Assembly: GCA_050951805.1 (NCBI GenBank)
Contig: JBMNJT010000002.1
Coordinates: 544,001 to 608,000, forward strand
Source of the DNA: Bacillota bacterium
GTDB lineage: Bacteria > Bacillota > DTU025
DNA length: 64,000 nucleotides
Reading direction: 5' to 3'
Shown: one piece after another, positions 20,555 through 31,439 of the stretch
Layout: each line of letters opens with the position of its first letter
How positions within the stretch are numbered: position 1 is the first letter of the stretch
Program-made: the position numbers and the translations under genes
Notes under the pieces: model-generated
Told to the model about the DNA's origin: nothing
The model's input: the letters and a program-made list of their open reading frames with translations, nothing else
Database searches by the model: none

Positions 20555-21806
20555 AGTGAATTCACCTCATTTTGGCCTTGGAAAGTCCCAATTTAAATCA
20601 TAATTCTTCGTAAGGGGCAGGTTTTCCTCCAGCAATACGCATTCGCACATGGCTTCCATATCTTAATGGGGTTTACTGAGATTGGCTGAAACTACCACGG
20701 TTGTGCCAAAGCGCGGACTTTGCCTTTAAGCCCACTAACTCAATTGGAGAAATTCGGGACATTGGGTGTAAACTTGGGTTTGGGGTGATTAGCGGTGGCA
20801 GCTGGCTGCCGAAGCGGCGCGAAGTGCCGAACACATGGAGGAGACTGACGCGATTGTGTCGAATGGTTGATTGCTGTCCGGGAGCAAATCTAGGGAAACG
20901 CTCGTCTTCGCTCAGCTGTAGAGCGTTTGCGCCTCAGAGATTGGGTTGATGCACATCGAAGTATTTGTCGGGGGTGCAATCTCAGCAATTCTGATTCCAG
21001 TGTTCCGGTATTAGGGATATCCAATTCGCCCCGAGCCATGCATATGTAGGGGTGTTGCTTCCATCACATGAGATCTGGTTAGTCAATGATATTGACCCGA
21101 TGCCACGATGCCGTTTTATGGGTGTTGACAGCTGGGCGTGCTTTCGGATATTACCGGAGACAGCATCTATCTGGATGTCGCGCGCGGGGTGGTCAATTCA
21201 TGGATTGACAAGGTGCTCATTCGGAGGCAAGATGGTGTTATGGACTGGAACTGGGATTATGGTGGCAAGGTCGGTAAACTGAACTGGACCGCCGAGGAGT
21301 TTGACAAGACACAAGGGGCATTTGTCTCCGGATTTTGGGCGACAAGAGATGGGCACGAATGGGTTTGCAGTGTGCGGAGGCTCCGCTCTGCGCCGGCGTT
21401 GCCAAGCCTCTTAACGCTCTTTTAGAATTTGTGAGGCTGCCGAGGGTTGTGGTGCAGACATTGATTGCATCCTCTGGGGATCTCGTCGACAGTCTGCTAT
21501 CGCTCAAACAGGCATCCAGGTATATTTCACCAAACCCGCTGCCTATGGCACGCATCGGGTCGTAGCCGCCACGGCAGACGCTTACAAGGTAACCGGGCGG
21601 TACAAGTGCTTGGTGTATGCTATTGCCAGGGCCAATTGGCTAATAGGCCAGACGGAAACCGAGTTTCAAGGATACGGAAGCAATGTATGATCTGTGATAT
21701 GGACTCTTGAAGTTATGGAAGCAGTCATCAGTGCTGACGAGGCTATGAGCGCGGACAAGTAGCGCTCAAATCAAACAGTTGCAAATCTCAGGAGGGAATT
21801 CTAGGG

Positions 21807-22850
21807 ATGAACAGAATCCGAAAGTCGTCAATGCTCCTAAGTATCGTTTTGCTCTTGGCATTAATGATGGGAATAGGCATCCCCATGGAGGCTGCGGCCA
21901 AGCCTCGTGTGGCTATTGTTTTTGCTACAGGCGGATTGGGTGACAAGTCGTTTAATGACTCTGCTTACGACGGCATGAAGCGAGCAGAAAAAGACTTGGG
22001 AATCGAATTCGATAAAGTTGAACCTCAAGCTGTAGCTGAGTATGAGACATTGTTGACGCGTTTTGCGCAGACTCGCAAGTATGATCTGATCATATCGATC
22101 GGCTTCGATCAGGCTGATGCTCTGAAAGTTGTATCAGCGAGGTTCCCAAATCAGAAATTCGCCATTATCGACACAGCAGTGGACGCTCCCAATGTAGCGT
22201 CGTATGTATACAAGGAGGCCGAGCGGGGATTTGTGGTTGGCGCCATAGCAGGTCTGATGACCACGAAAAAAGGCGACCCGCGCATTGTTTCTGACAAACA
22301 GGTGGTCGGAGTCATCGGTGGCATGGACATCCCGCTTATCCGGGCCAACGTCGCGGGCTACATTGCCGGTGCCAAGTATGTGAACCCCAAGGTTCAGGTG
22401 AAGTACGCATACGTAGGCGATTGGGCCGATCCGGCCAAGTGCAAAGAGATGGCAAACGCCATGTTTGACGAGGGCGTCGATGTTCTGTGGCTTGCAGCCG
22501 GGCGTTCTGGCCTTGGTGGCATCAAAGCGGCAGAGGAGCGGAATCGCTACGCAATAGGCGCTGACTCGGATCAGGGCTATCTTGCTCCCCGCAATATACT
22601 GACCAATGGAATGAAACTCGTGGACCGAACAGTGTATATAGCCATCAATGACGTTCTGCGTGGCAAGTTCAAGCCTGGAGTCAATATGCTCGGACTCAAA
22701 GAAGGGGCACTTGGTTACTCCAAGAGCCTGGTTCCTGCAGATGTCATGTCCCAGGTTGACAAGCTTGCGGCCAAAGTTGTATCCGGCGATATCAATGTGC
22801 CTGATGAGATCGACAAGGTTGAGCCCTGGCTCAAGGCCCAAGGCAAGTAG
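21807..22850 (+). CDS. BMP-family ABC substrate-binding protein (nucleoside-type)
   Basis: GGLGDKSFND, AIGADSDQ; signal peptide ending MEAAA with no lipobox Cys. Confidence 0.9.
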   Translation: MNRIRKSSMLLSIVLLLALMMGIGIPMEAAAKPRVAIVFATGGLGDKSFNDSAYDGMKRAEKDLGIEFDKVEPQAVAEYETLLTRFAQTRKYDLIISIGFDQADALKVVSARFPNQKFAIIDTAVDAPNVASYVYKEAERGFVVGAIAGLMTTKKGDPRIVSDKQVVGVIGGMDIPLIRANVAGYIAGAKYVNPKVQVKYAYVGDWADPAKCKEMANAMFDEGVDVLWLAAGRSGLGGIKAAEERNRYAIGADSDQGYLAPRNILTNGMKLVDRTVYIAINDVLRGKFKPGVNMLGLKEGALGYSKSLVPADVMSQVDKLAAKVVSGDINVPDEIDKVEPWLKAQGK

Positions 22851-22951
22851 CAAGCTGTCAGCGGGTTGAATTAATATGTAAGCGCAATGGGCGGGGGGAT
22901 AATCTCCCCCTGCCTTGCCAGGTTTAACTCGGAAAAGGGGTTCACCTTACG

Positions 22952-24466
22952 ATGTATGCTGTTCGAATGGAGAACATAACGAAACGCTTTGGAAGCGTTA
23001 CCGCCAATGAAGCAGTTGATTTTGCTGCGTTTCCCGGCGAGATCCATTGCCTTCTGGGCGAGAACGGGGCCGGGAAAAGCACGCTCATGAGGATTTTGTT
23101 TGGGCTTTGCCGCGCGGATTCAGGCCTCATCTGCATAGACGACGAGCCGGTAGACATATCCGGTCCTCGTGATGCAATTTCGTTGGGGATAGGCATGGTG
23201 CATCAGCATTTCATGCTCGCTGAACGTCTTACTGTAGAGGAAAACATAATTGCCGGATGTGAACCGAGCAAAAATGGTTTGGTTGATTATGATGGGGCAC
23301 GCGAACGCATCCTGGAGGTTTCGCAGCGTTATGGCCTCACAGTTGATCCAACCGCTGTGGTCGAGGATATCTCCGTCGGCCAACAGCAGCGGGTGGAGAT
23401 AATCAAGGCTCTGATGAGAGGAGCAAAGGTCCTTATCCTGGACGAACCGACTGCGGTCCTCACTCCGCCTGAGGTGGAGGAGTTGTTCGTTGTGATGCGG
23501 GCTTTGAGGGATGCGGGGACGACGATAATATTCATCACGCACAAGCTCAAGGAGACTATGGAGATTTCCGACAGAGTGACAGTGCTCCGCGATGGCAGGA
23601 CAGTTGGTGTAGTGAATACGGCTGATGCTACACCAGACAGCCTTGTAGAGATGATGGTGGGGCGCAGCCTTCCGATACATGACAGCCATCGCGTGCCGGC
23701 TAAAGACGGGATTTTCCTCCAACTGAAGGATGTGTCGGTAGCCGGAAAAAAGGGCAGCCGGGCAAAGCTCGACAGTGTGAACATCGCTGTGAGAGGCGGC
23801 GAGATACTGGGCATAGCGGGCGTCGACGGCAATGGCCAGCTGGAACTGGAGGAAGTAGCAACTGGGTTGCAGCGGCCGAGCAAGGGTCAGATCATCGTCA
23901 ATGGTCAGGATGTGACTGGCTCCGATACTAGGAGCATCAGGGATAGCGGTGTTGCCTACATCCCATCTGACCGATTGAAGCGGGGCATGGTGGACTCCTT
24001 CAGCATTGCGAGGAATTCCGTGCTCGGAATGCATCATAGTGCCCATTTCAGTCATCGCGGGGTAATAAAAGAGGACGTTGTGCGACGGCATGCGGAGAAT
24101 CTTGTTGATGTTTATGACGTGCGATCTGAATCGATCGATCAGCCCATCGATTCGCTGTCAGGGGGGAACCAGCAGAAATTGGTGGTTGGAAGGGAGCTGC
24201 TTCGGCCTCACAGTGTCGTGGTTGCCGCCCAACCTACTCGCGGATTGGATGTTGGAGCAACCCACTATATAAGGGAGCAGATACTTGCCAGCCGCAACAA
24301 GGGCAAAGCAGTTCTCCTCATTTCCGCGGAGCTTGACGAGATTCTTGAGCTGTCTGACAGGATAGCGGTCATATACGAAGGCCGAATAGTGGACGTACGT
24401 CCTACAAGCCAGTATACCGAGAAAGAGCTAGGCCTTCTCATGACAGGGCAGAGGAACGGGGTGTGA
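22952..24466 (+). CDS. ABC transporter ATP-binding protein (tandem ATPase, nucleoside/sugar type)
   Basis: GENGAGKST, ILDEPT, LSGGNQQK, QPTRGLDVGA. Confidence 0.92.
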   Translation: MYAVRMENITKRFGSVTANEAVDFAAFPGEIHCLLGENGAGKSTLMRILFGLCRADSGLICIDDEPVDISGPRDAISLGIGMVHQHFMLAERLTVEENIIAGCEPSKNGLVDYDGARERILEVSQRYGLTVDPTAVVEDISVGQQQRVEIIKALMRGAKVLILDEPTAVLTPPEVEELFVVMRALRDAGTTIIFITHKLKETMEISDRVTVLRDGRTVGVVNTADATPDSLVEMMVGRSLPIHDSHRVPAKDGIFLQLKDVSVAGKKGSRAKLDSVNIAVRGGEILGIAGVDGNGQLELEEVATGLQRPSKGQIIVNGQDVTGSDTRSIRDSGVAYIPSDRLKRGMVDSFSIARNSVLGMHHSAHFSHRGVIKEDVVRRHAENLVDVYDVRSESIDQPIDSLSGGNQQKLVVGRELLRPHSVVVAAQPTRGLDVGATHYIREQILASRNKGKAVLLISAELDEILELSDRIAVIYEGRIVDVRPTSQYTEKELGLLMTGQRNGV

Positions 24467-24469
24467 CCG

Positions 24470-25576
24470 ATGGACATTTCAGGTGATGCGTCAAACAAGT
24501 TGTCAAAAAAGAACGCAGAATGGTTTGCCCGTCCCGGGTTTGCCAGATTCGTGTATTCAGCAGCTGCAGTCGTGCTTGCGCTGCTAATAGGGGCTGTCTT
24601 GATAGGTGTCTCAGGCTATAGTGTGAAAGAGGCATATTACAACCTCTTCATGGGAGCGTTTGGAGGCGTATACAGCCTCGCAACTACCATAGTAATGGCG
24701 ACTCCGCTCCTGTTCACCGGACTTGCAGTAGCATTTGCATTTCAGTGCGGCTTGTTCAACGTGGGCGCTGAAGGCCAACTCTATGTGGGCGCTCTGGCAT
24801 CTGCCGTAGTCCCTCTGGCTCTTGAGGGGTTGCCGCCTGTGCTGAGGGTGATCATAGCTCTCCTGGCGGGGGCAGGCGCAGGGGCAGCGTTTGGCTTTCT
24901 GCCCGGATATCTCAAAGCAAAGATAGGGGCCCATGAAGTCATCACCACAATCATGCTTAATTACATTGCCACATTACTCACCACTTTTCTGGTGAAAACG
25001 TACTTCAGAGACCCGGGCCCGGTTGATCAGACAGTCCTGTTGCCCCTTGGTTCTAGATTGCCTGAGATCATACCTGGAACCAGAGTCTCGCTGGGCATAG
25101 TAATAGGAATTCTTGCTGTTGCGCTTCTCAATTACGTAATACGCAGGACTGTGCTTGGATATGAGATACAAGCTGTTGGGCAGAATCCTCACGCTGCCGA
25201 GTACGGCGGGGTGAATGTCAGAGCAAGAATGGTTCAAGCTATGATGATCAGCGGGGCTGTAGCAGGCCTTGCCGGCTCAGTGGAGGCCATGGGGACTCTG
25301 TATCGGTTCATACCATACTTTTCACCCGGATACGGCTTTACTGGGATGGCGATAGCGGTGATTGCCGGCGAGAGCCTCTGGGCTGTGATTCCCGCGGCGA
25401 TCCTTTTCGGAGCGCTTCAATCAGGCGGCCAGTCGATGCAGCTTTTTGCGGGGATACCCATGGAGTTGATGACGATGGTGCAAGGACTGGTGATACTGTT
25501 TGTAGCTGCGCCAGGCATGGCGGAAATGATATTTCGGCGGAAGAGTTGTGGCAAGGAAGGCGGTGGCCGGGCATGA
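24470..25576 (+). CDS. ABC permease
   Basis: GLFNVGAEGQ, HEVITTIMLN, GQNPHAAEYGG. Confidence 0.9.
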   Translation: MDISGDASNKLSKKNAEWFARPGFARFVYSAAAVVLALLIGAVLIGVSGYSVKEAYYNLFMGAFGGVYSLATTIVMATPLLFTGLAVAFAFQCGLFNVGAEGQLYVGALASAVVPLALEGLPPVLRVIIALLAGAGAGAAFGFLPGYLKAKIGAHEVITTIMLNYIATLLTTFLVKTYFRDPGPVDQTVLLPLGSRLPEIIPGTRVSLGIVIGILAVALLNYVIRRTVLGYEIQAVGQNPHAAEYGGVNVRARMVQAMMISGAVAGLAGSVEAMGTLYRFIPYFSPGYGFTGMAIAVIAGESLWAVIPAAILFGALQSGGQSMQLFAGIPMELMTMVQGLVILFVAAPGMAEMIFRRKSCGKEGGGRA

Positions 25577-26520
25577 GCGGATTTGTCGACATAGTGTTCA
25601 ATGTGAACAACCTGGCGGCTACCATAAGGATGGCAACGCCAATAGCCTTGGCTGCGATGGGGGGCGCCTTCTCTGAGAGATCCGGAGTGGTGAATATCGG
25701 GATTGAAGGCATGATGCTCACAGGCGCGTTCTGTGGTGTGCTCGGGTCCCACCTTACGGGAAACGCATGGCTGGGAGTGTTGTTTGCGATTGTCGGCGGC
25801 GGACTTGTCGGCGCCCTCCTTGCGGTATTTGCCATCCGGCTCAAGGCGGATCACGTTGTAACCGGGGTGGGAATAAACATCTTGGCCTCGGGCGCCACAA
25901 CATGGCTGATGCAGGTGATATGGAAGCGCAAAGGCGCATCCGATCTCGTTGCTGGTCTCGGAACCTGGTCAGTGCCTGGGCTGTGCGATGTCCCGGTTCT
26001 CGGGACGATTCTCGGTACTCATTCGCCTCTGGTGTACATCAGTTTTGTGCTGATTTTTCTAGGTTGGGTTTTGATGTTCAAGACGCCTTTGGGGCTTCGC
26101 ATCAGGATGACAGGCGAGCACCCGGAGGCAGCCGATACAGTGGGCATCAACGTCCATGCAATACAGTATTTTTGCGTGATTCTCAGTGGATGCTTGGCAG
26201 GGCTGGGAGGAGCATATCTCTCCCTTGCTCAGCTCAATTGGTTTAGCAAAGACATGTCGGCTGGGCGCGGTTACATGGCCCTGGCGGCATGCATATTCGG
26301 CGGTTGGAATCCCCTCGGGGGCTTGGGCGCCAGCTTCCTGTTTTCATTTACAGACGCCATACAGATGCGAATGCAGACAGCTCAGATATCGCTGGCTGTC
26401 GAGATAATCCAGATGATCCCTTACATCTTGACTATTCTGATTCTTGCCAGTGCAGTAGTTCGCTCTAGGCCTCCGGCGGCTCTTGGCAAGCACTACGAGT
26501 CTGGGCATGCAAACAAGTGA
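25573..26520 (+). CDS. ABC permease
   Basis: SERSGVVNIGIEG, GEHPEAADTVG; ATGA overlap with the previous stop. Confidence 0.9.
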   Translation: MSGFVDIVFNVNNLAATIRMATPIALAAMGGAFSERSGVVNIGIEGMMLTGAFCGVLGSHLTGNAWLGVLFAIVGGGLVGALLAVFAIRLKADHVVTGVGINILASGATTWLMQVIWKRKGASDLVAGLGTWSVPGLCDVPVLGTILGTHSPLVYISFVLIFLGWVLMFKTPLGLRIRMTGEHPEAADTVGINVHAIQYFCVILSGCLAGLGGAYLSLAQLNWFSKDMSAGRGYMALAACIFGGWNPLGGLGASFLFSFTDAIQMRMQTAQISLAVEIIQMIPYILTILILASAVVRSRPPAALGKHYESGHANK

Positions 26521-26738
26521 CTTTGAAGTCATGAGTTAGCTGTGTCATGGTGCTTTGTTGCGCCTGTTGCGGGCTGACTGCGGCTTTATTGCCGGGTCAG
26601 CCCGTCGCTATTTACCACCATCTTTTTGGAAATGGGCGCCGGGGCGCCGAAGGAATGGATGATTTGAGCGAGAAGAATAGGAAAGAAGACAGGCAAGACG
26701 TGAATGGAGCGAACCCTGATTGGGGAGGAGGATTCGGT

Positions 26739-27599
26739 TTGAGTTGCGCAGACGTCAGACATATCGATGCATCTGAAATTGCGGAGGCAGTATACAAGCT
26801 GTGCATGAAGGTTACATGCGTGCTCCCTCCGGAGAATATCGCTGCTTTGGAGAGGGCTATGGAGGAAGAAAAATCGCCTCAAGGCAGGCAGGCGCTTGCC
26901 AGAATACTCGAAAACCACAGACTGGCCGGCGAGCTAATGCAACCTGCTTGTCAGGACACTGGCATTGCCGTAGTCTTCATCGAGCTTGGGCAGGATGTGC
27001 ACGTGTGTGGGGGCGACCTAAACCAGGCGATCGACGAAGGAGTCAGACGCGGATATTCGGAGGCATATCTCAGAAAATCGGTGGTGCACGACCCCCTGTT
27101 TGGCAGAGTCAATACTAAGGACAATACCCCTGCCATAGTCCATCTTCAGATGGTCCCGGGATGCTCCCTCAAGATTACCGTAGTTGCCAAGGGTGGCGGG
27201 GCTGAGAACATGAGCGGACTTGCCATGCTTACTCCGGCATCTGGCGTAGAAGGTGTCCGCAATTTCGTTGTGGACCAGGTTCGGAAAGCCGGCCCTAATG
27301 CATGTCCTCCTGTGATTGTAGGAGTTGGTGTAGGCGGCAACTTTGAGACAGTGGCATTTCTGGCCAAGAAGGCTTTGATTCGGCCCGTAGGGGAACGGAA
27401 TCCGAATCCAAAGTATGCAGCATTGGAAGAGGAATTGTTGCGCGAGATAAACGGGCTGGGGATTGGGCCGCAAGGATTTGGAGGATCCGTTACCGCCCTT
27501 GCAGTCCATATAGAGGCGTACCCTTGCCACATAGCAAGCCTTCCTGTAGCGGTCAATCTCAACTGTCACGTGGCGCCGCACTCCACAGTAATACTGTAA
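26739..27599 (+). CDS. Fe-S fumarate hydratase/tartrate dehydratase alpha subunit
   Basis: CQDTG, KGGGAEN, ACPP..VGVG, HIASLPVAVNLNCH; TTG start behind GGAGGAGG. Confidence 0.9.
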   Translation: MSCADVRHIDASEIAEAVYKLCMKVTCVLPPENIAALERAMEEEKSPQGRQALARILENHRLAGELMQPACQDTGIAVVFIELGQDVHVCGGDLNQAIDEGVRRGYSEAYLRKSVVHDPLFGRVNTKDNTPAIVHLQMVPGCSLKITVVAKGGGAENMSGLAMLTPASGVEGVRNFVVDQVRKAGPNACPPVIVGVGVGGNFETVAFLAKKALIRPVGERNPNPKYAALEEELLREINGLGIGPQGFGGSVTALAVHIEAYPCHIASLPVAVNLNCHVAPHSTVIL

Positions 27600-27620
27600 T
27601 TTGCCGGAGGGATTAATTAG

Positions 27621-28172
27621 ATGACCATTAAAATTGAGACTCCGCTTTCGGATAGTGTCGTCTCCTCTCTCAGGGCAGGGGACGAGGTTAGCGTAAGCGG
27701 AGTTATGTACATTGCTCGCGATGCAGCGCACAAACGTTTGGTTTCGCTCATCGAGTCAGGCGAGGCTCTCCCATTTGATCCTAGAGGCCAGATAATTTAC
27801 TATGCAGGCCCTACGCCGCCCAAACCTGGGCAGGTGATAGGTTCTGTGGGGCCTACTACGAGCGGACGTATGGACCCATACACCATTCCCTTGCTGGAGC
27901 TGGGCCTAAAAGGCATGATAGGGAAGGGATACCGCTCCGCTGCTGTTCGCAAGGGCCTAATAGAGCATCGTGCAGTCTATTTTGCTGCAATAGGAGGAGC
28001 AGGGGTACTTGCAGGGCAGTGCATGAAGTCTGCCAAACCCATAGCCTACGAGGAACTTGGCCCTGAGGCTCTGTGGCGCGTGGAGGCGGAGGACTTTCCT
28101 GCATTCGTTGTCTACGACGCATATGGCGGGGACCTCTATGAAGAAGGGACTAGCAAATACCGGGTGTGCTAG
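27621..28172 (+). CDS. Fe-S fumarate hydratase/tartrate dehydratase beta subunit
   Basis: ARDAAHKRL, GPTTSGRMD, GMIGKG, ELGPEA. Confidence 0.92.
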   Translation: MTIKIETPLSDSVVSSLRAGDEVSVSGVMYIARDAAHKRLVSLIESGEALPFDPRGQIIYYAGPTPPKPGQVIGSVGPTTSGRMDPYTIPLLELGLKGMIGKGYRSAAVRKGLIEHRAVYFAAIGGAGVLAGQCMKSAKPIAYEELGPEALWRVEAEDFPAFVVYDAYGGDLYEEGTSKYRVC

Positions 28173-28199
28173 CGGTGCCTCGATGAAGGGGGATACAGG

Positions 28200-29843
28200 A
28201 TGGCTGATTTCGGCTATAATTCGATTTATCCGTCTCGGCGGAGCCCTGTAATGGGACGTCGCGGAGCGGTGGCCACGAGCCATCCATTGGCTGCTCAGGC
28301 AGGCATCGGAATGCTTGCCGCAGGGGGCAACGCTATGGATGCGGCTTTGGCGACGGCAGCGGCTTTGACAGTTCTTGAGCCTACATCGTGCGGACTGGGC
28401 GGGGATGCATTTGCTATAGTCTGGGATGAAGGGAAGATGTACGGGCTGAACGCGTCCGGCAAGGCCCCGATGTCTCTTTCAGCAGACCGGCTTCGAGCGG
28501 CTGGAATGAGAGAGGTGCCCAAGGAGGGTTGGGCATCTGTCACTACGCCTGGCGTGGTTTCAGCGTGGAGTGCGCTGTATGATCGCTTTGCTTCCATGCC
28601 ATTTTGCGAAATCATGGCGCCGGCCATTGAATACGCCGCTGAAGGCGCGCCTGTCCCACCTGTCGTGGCAGGTTACTGGGCAGATTCCGAAAAGCGATTT
28701 GGCGGGCGCAAAGGACTTTACGCCGAGTTCGAAAGAGTTTTTCTGCCGGGCGGGCGAGCGCCCCGTGCGGGGGAGATCTTCAGAAACCCCGATCTGGCAG
28801 AGACATTAAGATCGATTGCAGGTTCATACGGGCGATCCTTTTACAGGGGCAGCTTGGCGCGGGCGATTGCCGATTACTCGCAGGATACTGGAGGCTACAT
28901 ATCTGAAGAGGATTTGCGTGAACATGCTCCACAATGGGTTGATCCCGTGTCCGCAAACTACCGGGGATTCGATGTATGGGAGATTCCTCCCAATGGCCAA
29001 GGCATTGTGGCACTGATGGCTCTCAACATCATTGAAGGTTATGAATTGGAATCTATGGACCTGATGTCTCCTGAAGTGCTTCATGTTGTCATTGAAGCCC
29101 TGAAGCTGGCTTTTGCTGATGCCCATGGCTATATAGGTGATCCGCTTTGCGTGGATATTCCCACAGATGAACTGCTATCAAAAGGATATGCTGACCGCAG
29201 ACGGAGACTGATCCGTCATGATAGGGCGCTTGAATGTCCAGCCCCTGGCAATCCCGGAAGAGCTCATGGACGATGGGAGGGTTCAGATGGGGATACAGTC
29301 TATCTTTGCACAGCGGATTGTTACGGGATGATGGTCTCTTACATACAATCAAATTACATGGGGTTTGGCTCCGGCATTGTAATTCCGGGAACTGGAATCT
29401 CTATGCAGAATCGCGGAGCTGGTTTCTCATTGGAAGAAGGGCATTCCAATGAGCTTGCTCCTGGCAGGAGGCCATTTCACACCATAATCCCGTCCTTTAT
29501 AACTCGAGATGGTATTCCTATTGCTGCTTTTGGAGTGATGGGGGGAGACATGCAGCCTCAAGGACATGTCCAGCTAGTTTCTGCTATCATCGATGGCAAG
29601 CTTGACCCGCAGACGGCCATAGACCGCCCCCGCGTGCGCGTTCTGGGCAGTCAAGGTGTAGCCGCAGAGCCGAGCATCGGTGAGAATGTTGCGGATGCGT
29701 TACGTCGCTTGGGGCATGAGGTTAGGCTTGAGAGTGAGCCTGCTGGATTCGGCGGTGGCCAGATGATCTGGCGTGACCCCGAAACAGGGGTATTGATCGC
29801 AGGGAGCGAACCGCGAAAGGATGGATGCGCGATTGCGCTATGA
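28200..29843 (+). CDS. Gamma-glutamyltransferase-family Ntn hydrolase (YwrD-like), cytoplasmic
   Basis: GGNAMDAA, GLGGD, PPNGQG, nucleophile GDTVY, RPFHTIIP, GVMGGDMQPQGH; no signal peptide. Confidence 0.9.
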   Translation: MADFGYNSIYPSRRSPVMGRRGAVATSHPLAAQAGIGMLAAGGNAMDAALATAAALTVLEPTSCGLGGDAFAIVWDEGKMYGLNASGKAPMSLSADRLRAAGMREVPKEGWASVTTPGVVSAWSALYDRFASMPFCEIMAPAIEYAAEGAPVPPVVAGYWADSEKRFGGRKGLYAEFERVFLPGGRAPRAGEIFRNPDLAETLRSIAGSYGRSFYRGSLARAIADYSQDTGGYISEEDLREHAPQWVDPVSANYRGFDVWEIPPNGQGIVALMALNIIEGYELESMDLMSPEVLHVVIEALKLAFADAHGYIGDPLCVDIPTDELLSKGYADRRRRLIRHDRALECPAPGNPGRAHGRWEGSDGDTVYLCTADCYGMMVSYIQSNYMGFGSGIVIPGTGISMQNRGAGFSLEEGHSNELAPGRRPFHTIIPSFITRDGIPIAAFGVMGGDMQPQGHVQLVSAIIDGKLDPQTAIDRPRVRVLGSQGVAAEPSIGENVADALRRLGHEVRLESEPAGFGGGQMIWRDPETGVLIAGSEPRKDGCAIAL

Positions 29844-29849
29844 TCGGGA

Positions 29850-30872
29850 ATGGGGGGGCGTGAAATGAGAAGATCTGATTCATGGACGCTTATTCTCGGA
29901 GTCGTGCTCATGGTTATTGGATCTGTGCTCTTGCTCAATAACTTGGGCGTTACCAGTGTTGATCTTAGCTACATTATCAGCAATTTCTGGCCTTTGCTCA
30001 TTGTTGGCCTGGGACTATACTGGGTGTTGAAGCCTGATGGAAGCGAATCTGGCGAGGTTGGCGAGGCAGAGAGGCAGGCAACATCGGAGATGCCTACCTC
30101 GTCGGTAGAACCTGAGCCTGTGGACGGAGAGGGATGTGATGAATGCGTTGAAGATGCTGGCGAGGCTGATGCTGACTCCCCGCGCCTGACAGAGGTGCAT
30201 ACTGAGGAGAGTGGACTTCAAGAAGATGTGCAGAGCGAAGCTACGTATGACTGGGGCGCAGATACGGTCGACGTTGCTGATTGCCAGCGAGAAGGTGGGC
30301 CTGCAAATGGAGGCGAGGATGAGGCTGAGCTGATGAGGCGTCGTTCCGCCATGGGATGGATCATAGCCATACTCGGCTTGCTCATCTTAGGCAGCAAAAT
30401 GGGACGTTCTCCCTGGAGCACGGGGTATGCCGGCGGAGTGTTCTGGGCGATTGTTGCCATATTCATCGGCCTGGCAATGGTGAGATCATCGGGTGAACCT
30501 GCTCCTGAAGGCAAGACAAACTGGGCGGTGTTGAGCAGAATCGATCATGGGCAACCAGGTTTGGAGCTGCGGAGCAGTTCGTACATGGCGATCCTTGGCA
30601 GTGTTGTGCTGGATTTGTCGGCTTCACGGATTCCTGACGAAGAAACACGCCTCGACATCACAGCAGTTCTCGGCTGCGTACATGTGGTGCTCCCGCCTGA
30701 GCTGTCTGTCAAATGTGAAGGAACGGCTGTTTTGGGCAATGTGGAGGCATTTGGACATTCTGCCTGCGGTGGATTGGTCAACCGTGATTTCGTGCGCAGT
30801 GTTCCGGGCGGTTCGAGCAAATCGCTTCATATCAAGTGCCGTTCAATACTGGGTTCTATAGATATCCGATAA
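29850..30872 (+). CDS. LiaF/LiaI-like cell-envelope stress membrane protein
   Basis: GVVLMVIGSVLLLNNLG..FWPLLIVGLG, acidic linker, C-terminal GSVVLDLS..LG.V.V..P beta-repeat. Confidence 0.7.
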   Translation: MGGREMRRSDSWTLILGVVLMVIGSVLLLNNLGVTSVDLSYIISNFWPLLIVGLGLYWVLKPDGSESGEVGEAERQATSEMPTSSVEPEPVDGEGCDECVEDAGEADADSPRLTEVHTEESGLQEDVQSEATYDWGADTVDVADCQREGGPANGGEDEAELMRRRSAMGWIIAILGLLILGSKMGRSPWSTGYAGGVFWAIVAIFIGLAMVRSSGEPAPEGKTNWAVLSRIDHGQPGLELRSSSYMAILGSVVLDLSASRIPDEETRLDITAVLGCVHVVLPPELSVKCEGTAVLGNVEAFGHSACGGLVNRDFVRSVPGGSSKSLHIKCRSILGSIDIR

Positions 30873-31147
30873 CGCCCTATTGTAGGGCTCTTGTGCTGAC
30901 AGCCGGAGAACGATGGGGGCCTGGAATTGTTGTGACGAGGTCCGGGGTTTGAGATATCGACGCCGCCGCTAAATTGCGATGGACTGTTGCATGTTTTCTC
31001 ATCCTCTCGGGAGGAGTCACGAGAGAATTAGCGAAATTGTTCGAGATGGGGTATATGCATGCGTAAAGACGCGGCGAACCCAATGATCCAGGCTTTGTCG
31101 ACCTGCGCGCATATGGCGCAAGCTAGCCAGTATAGGGGGGATTACAA

Positions 31148-31393
31148 TTGCGTTCTACAGGCATTGTAAGAAAGGTTGATGGGTTGGGGCGAATCGTGAT
31201 ACCTATGGAAGTCCGAAAGTCGCTGGAGATTCACGAAGATGACCCTGTGTCCATCAGTGTTGATGGGGAGACCATAGTGCTCAAGAGGTACAGGCCCTTC
31301 TGCACGTTCTGCGGCAATACTGAGGGAATAAGGACGTTCAAGGGGAAGCATGTGTGTGGCGATTGCCTATCATTGATAAGGAAGATAGGCTAG
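31148..31393 (+). CDS. abrB: AbrB-family transition state regulator
   Basis: MRSTGIVRKVDGLGRIVIP.E.R; C-terminal CTFC...CGDC. Confidence 0.88.
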   Translation: MRSTGIVRKVDGLGRIVIPMEVRKSLEIHEDDPVSISVDGETIVLKRYRPFCTFCGNTEGIRTFKGKHVCGDCLSLIRKIG

Positions 31394-31439
31394 CGGAGTT
31401 TAGCACATGGCGTAGCATGGTCATGAAGGGAGGATCTTT

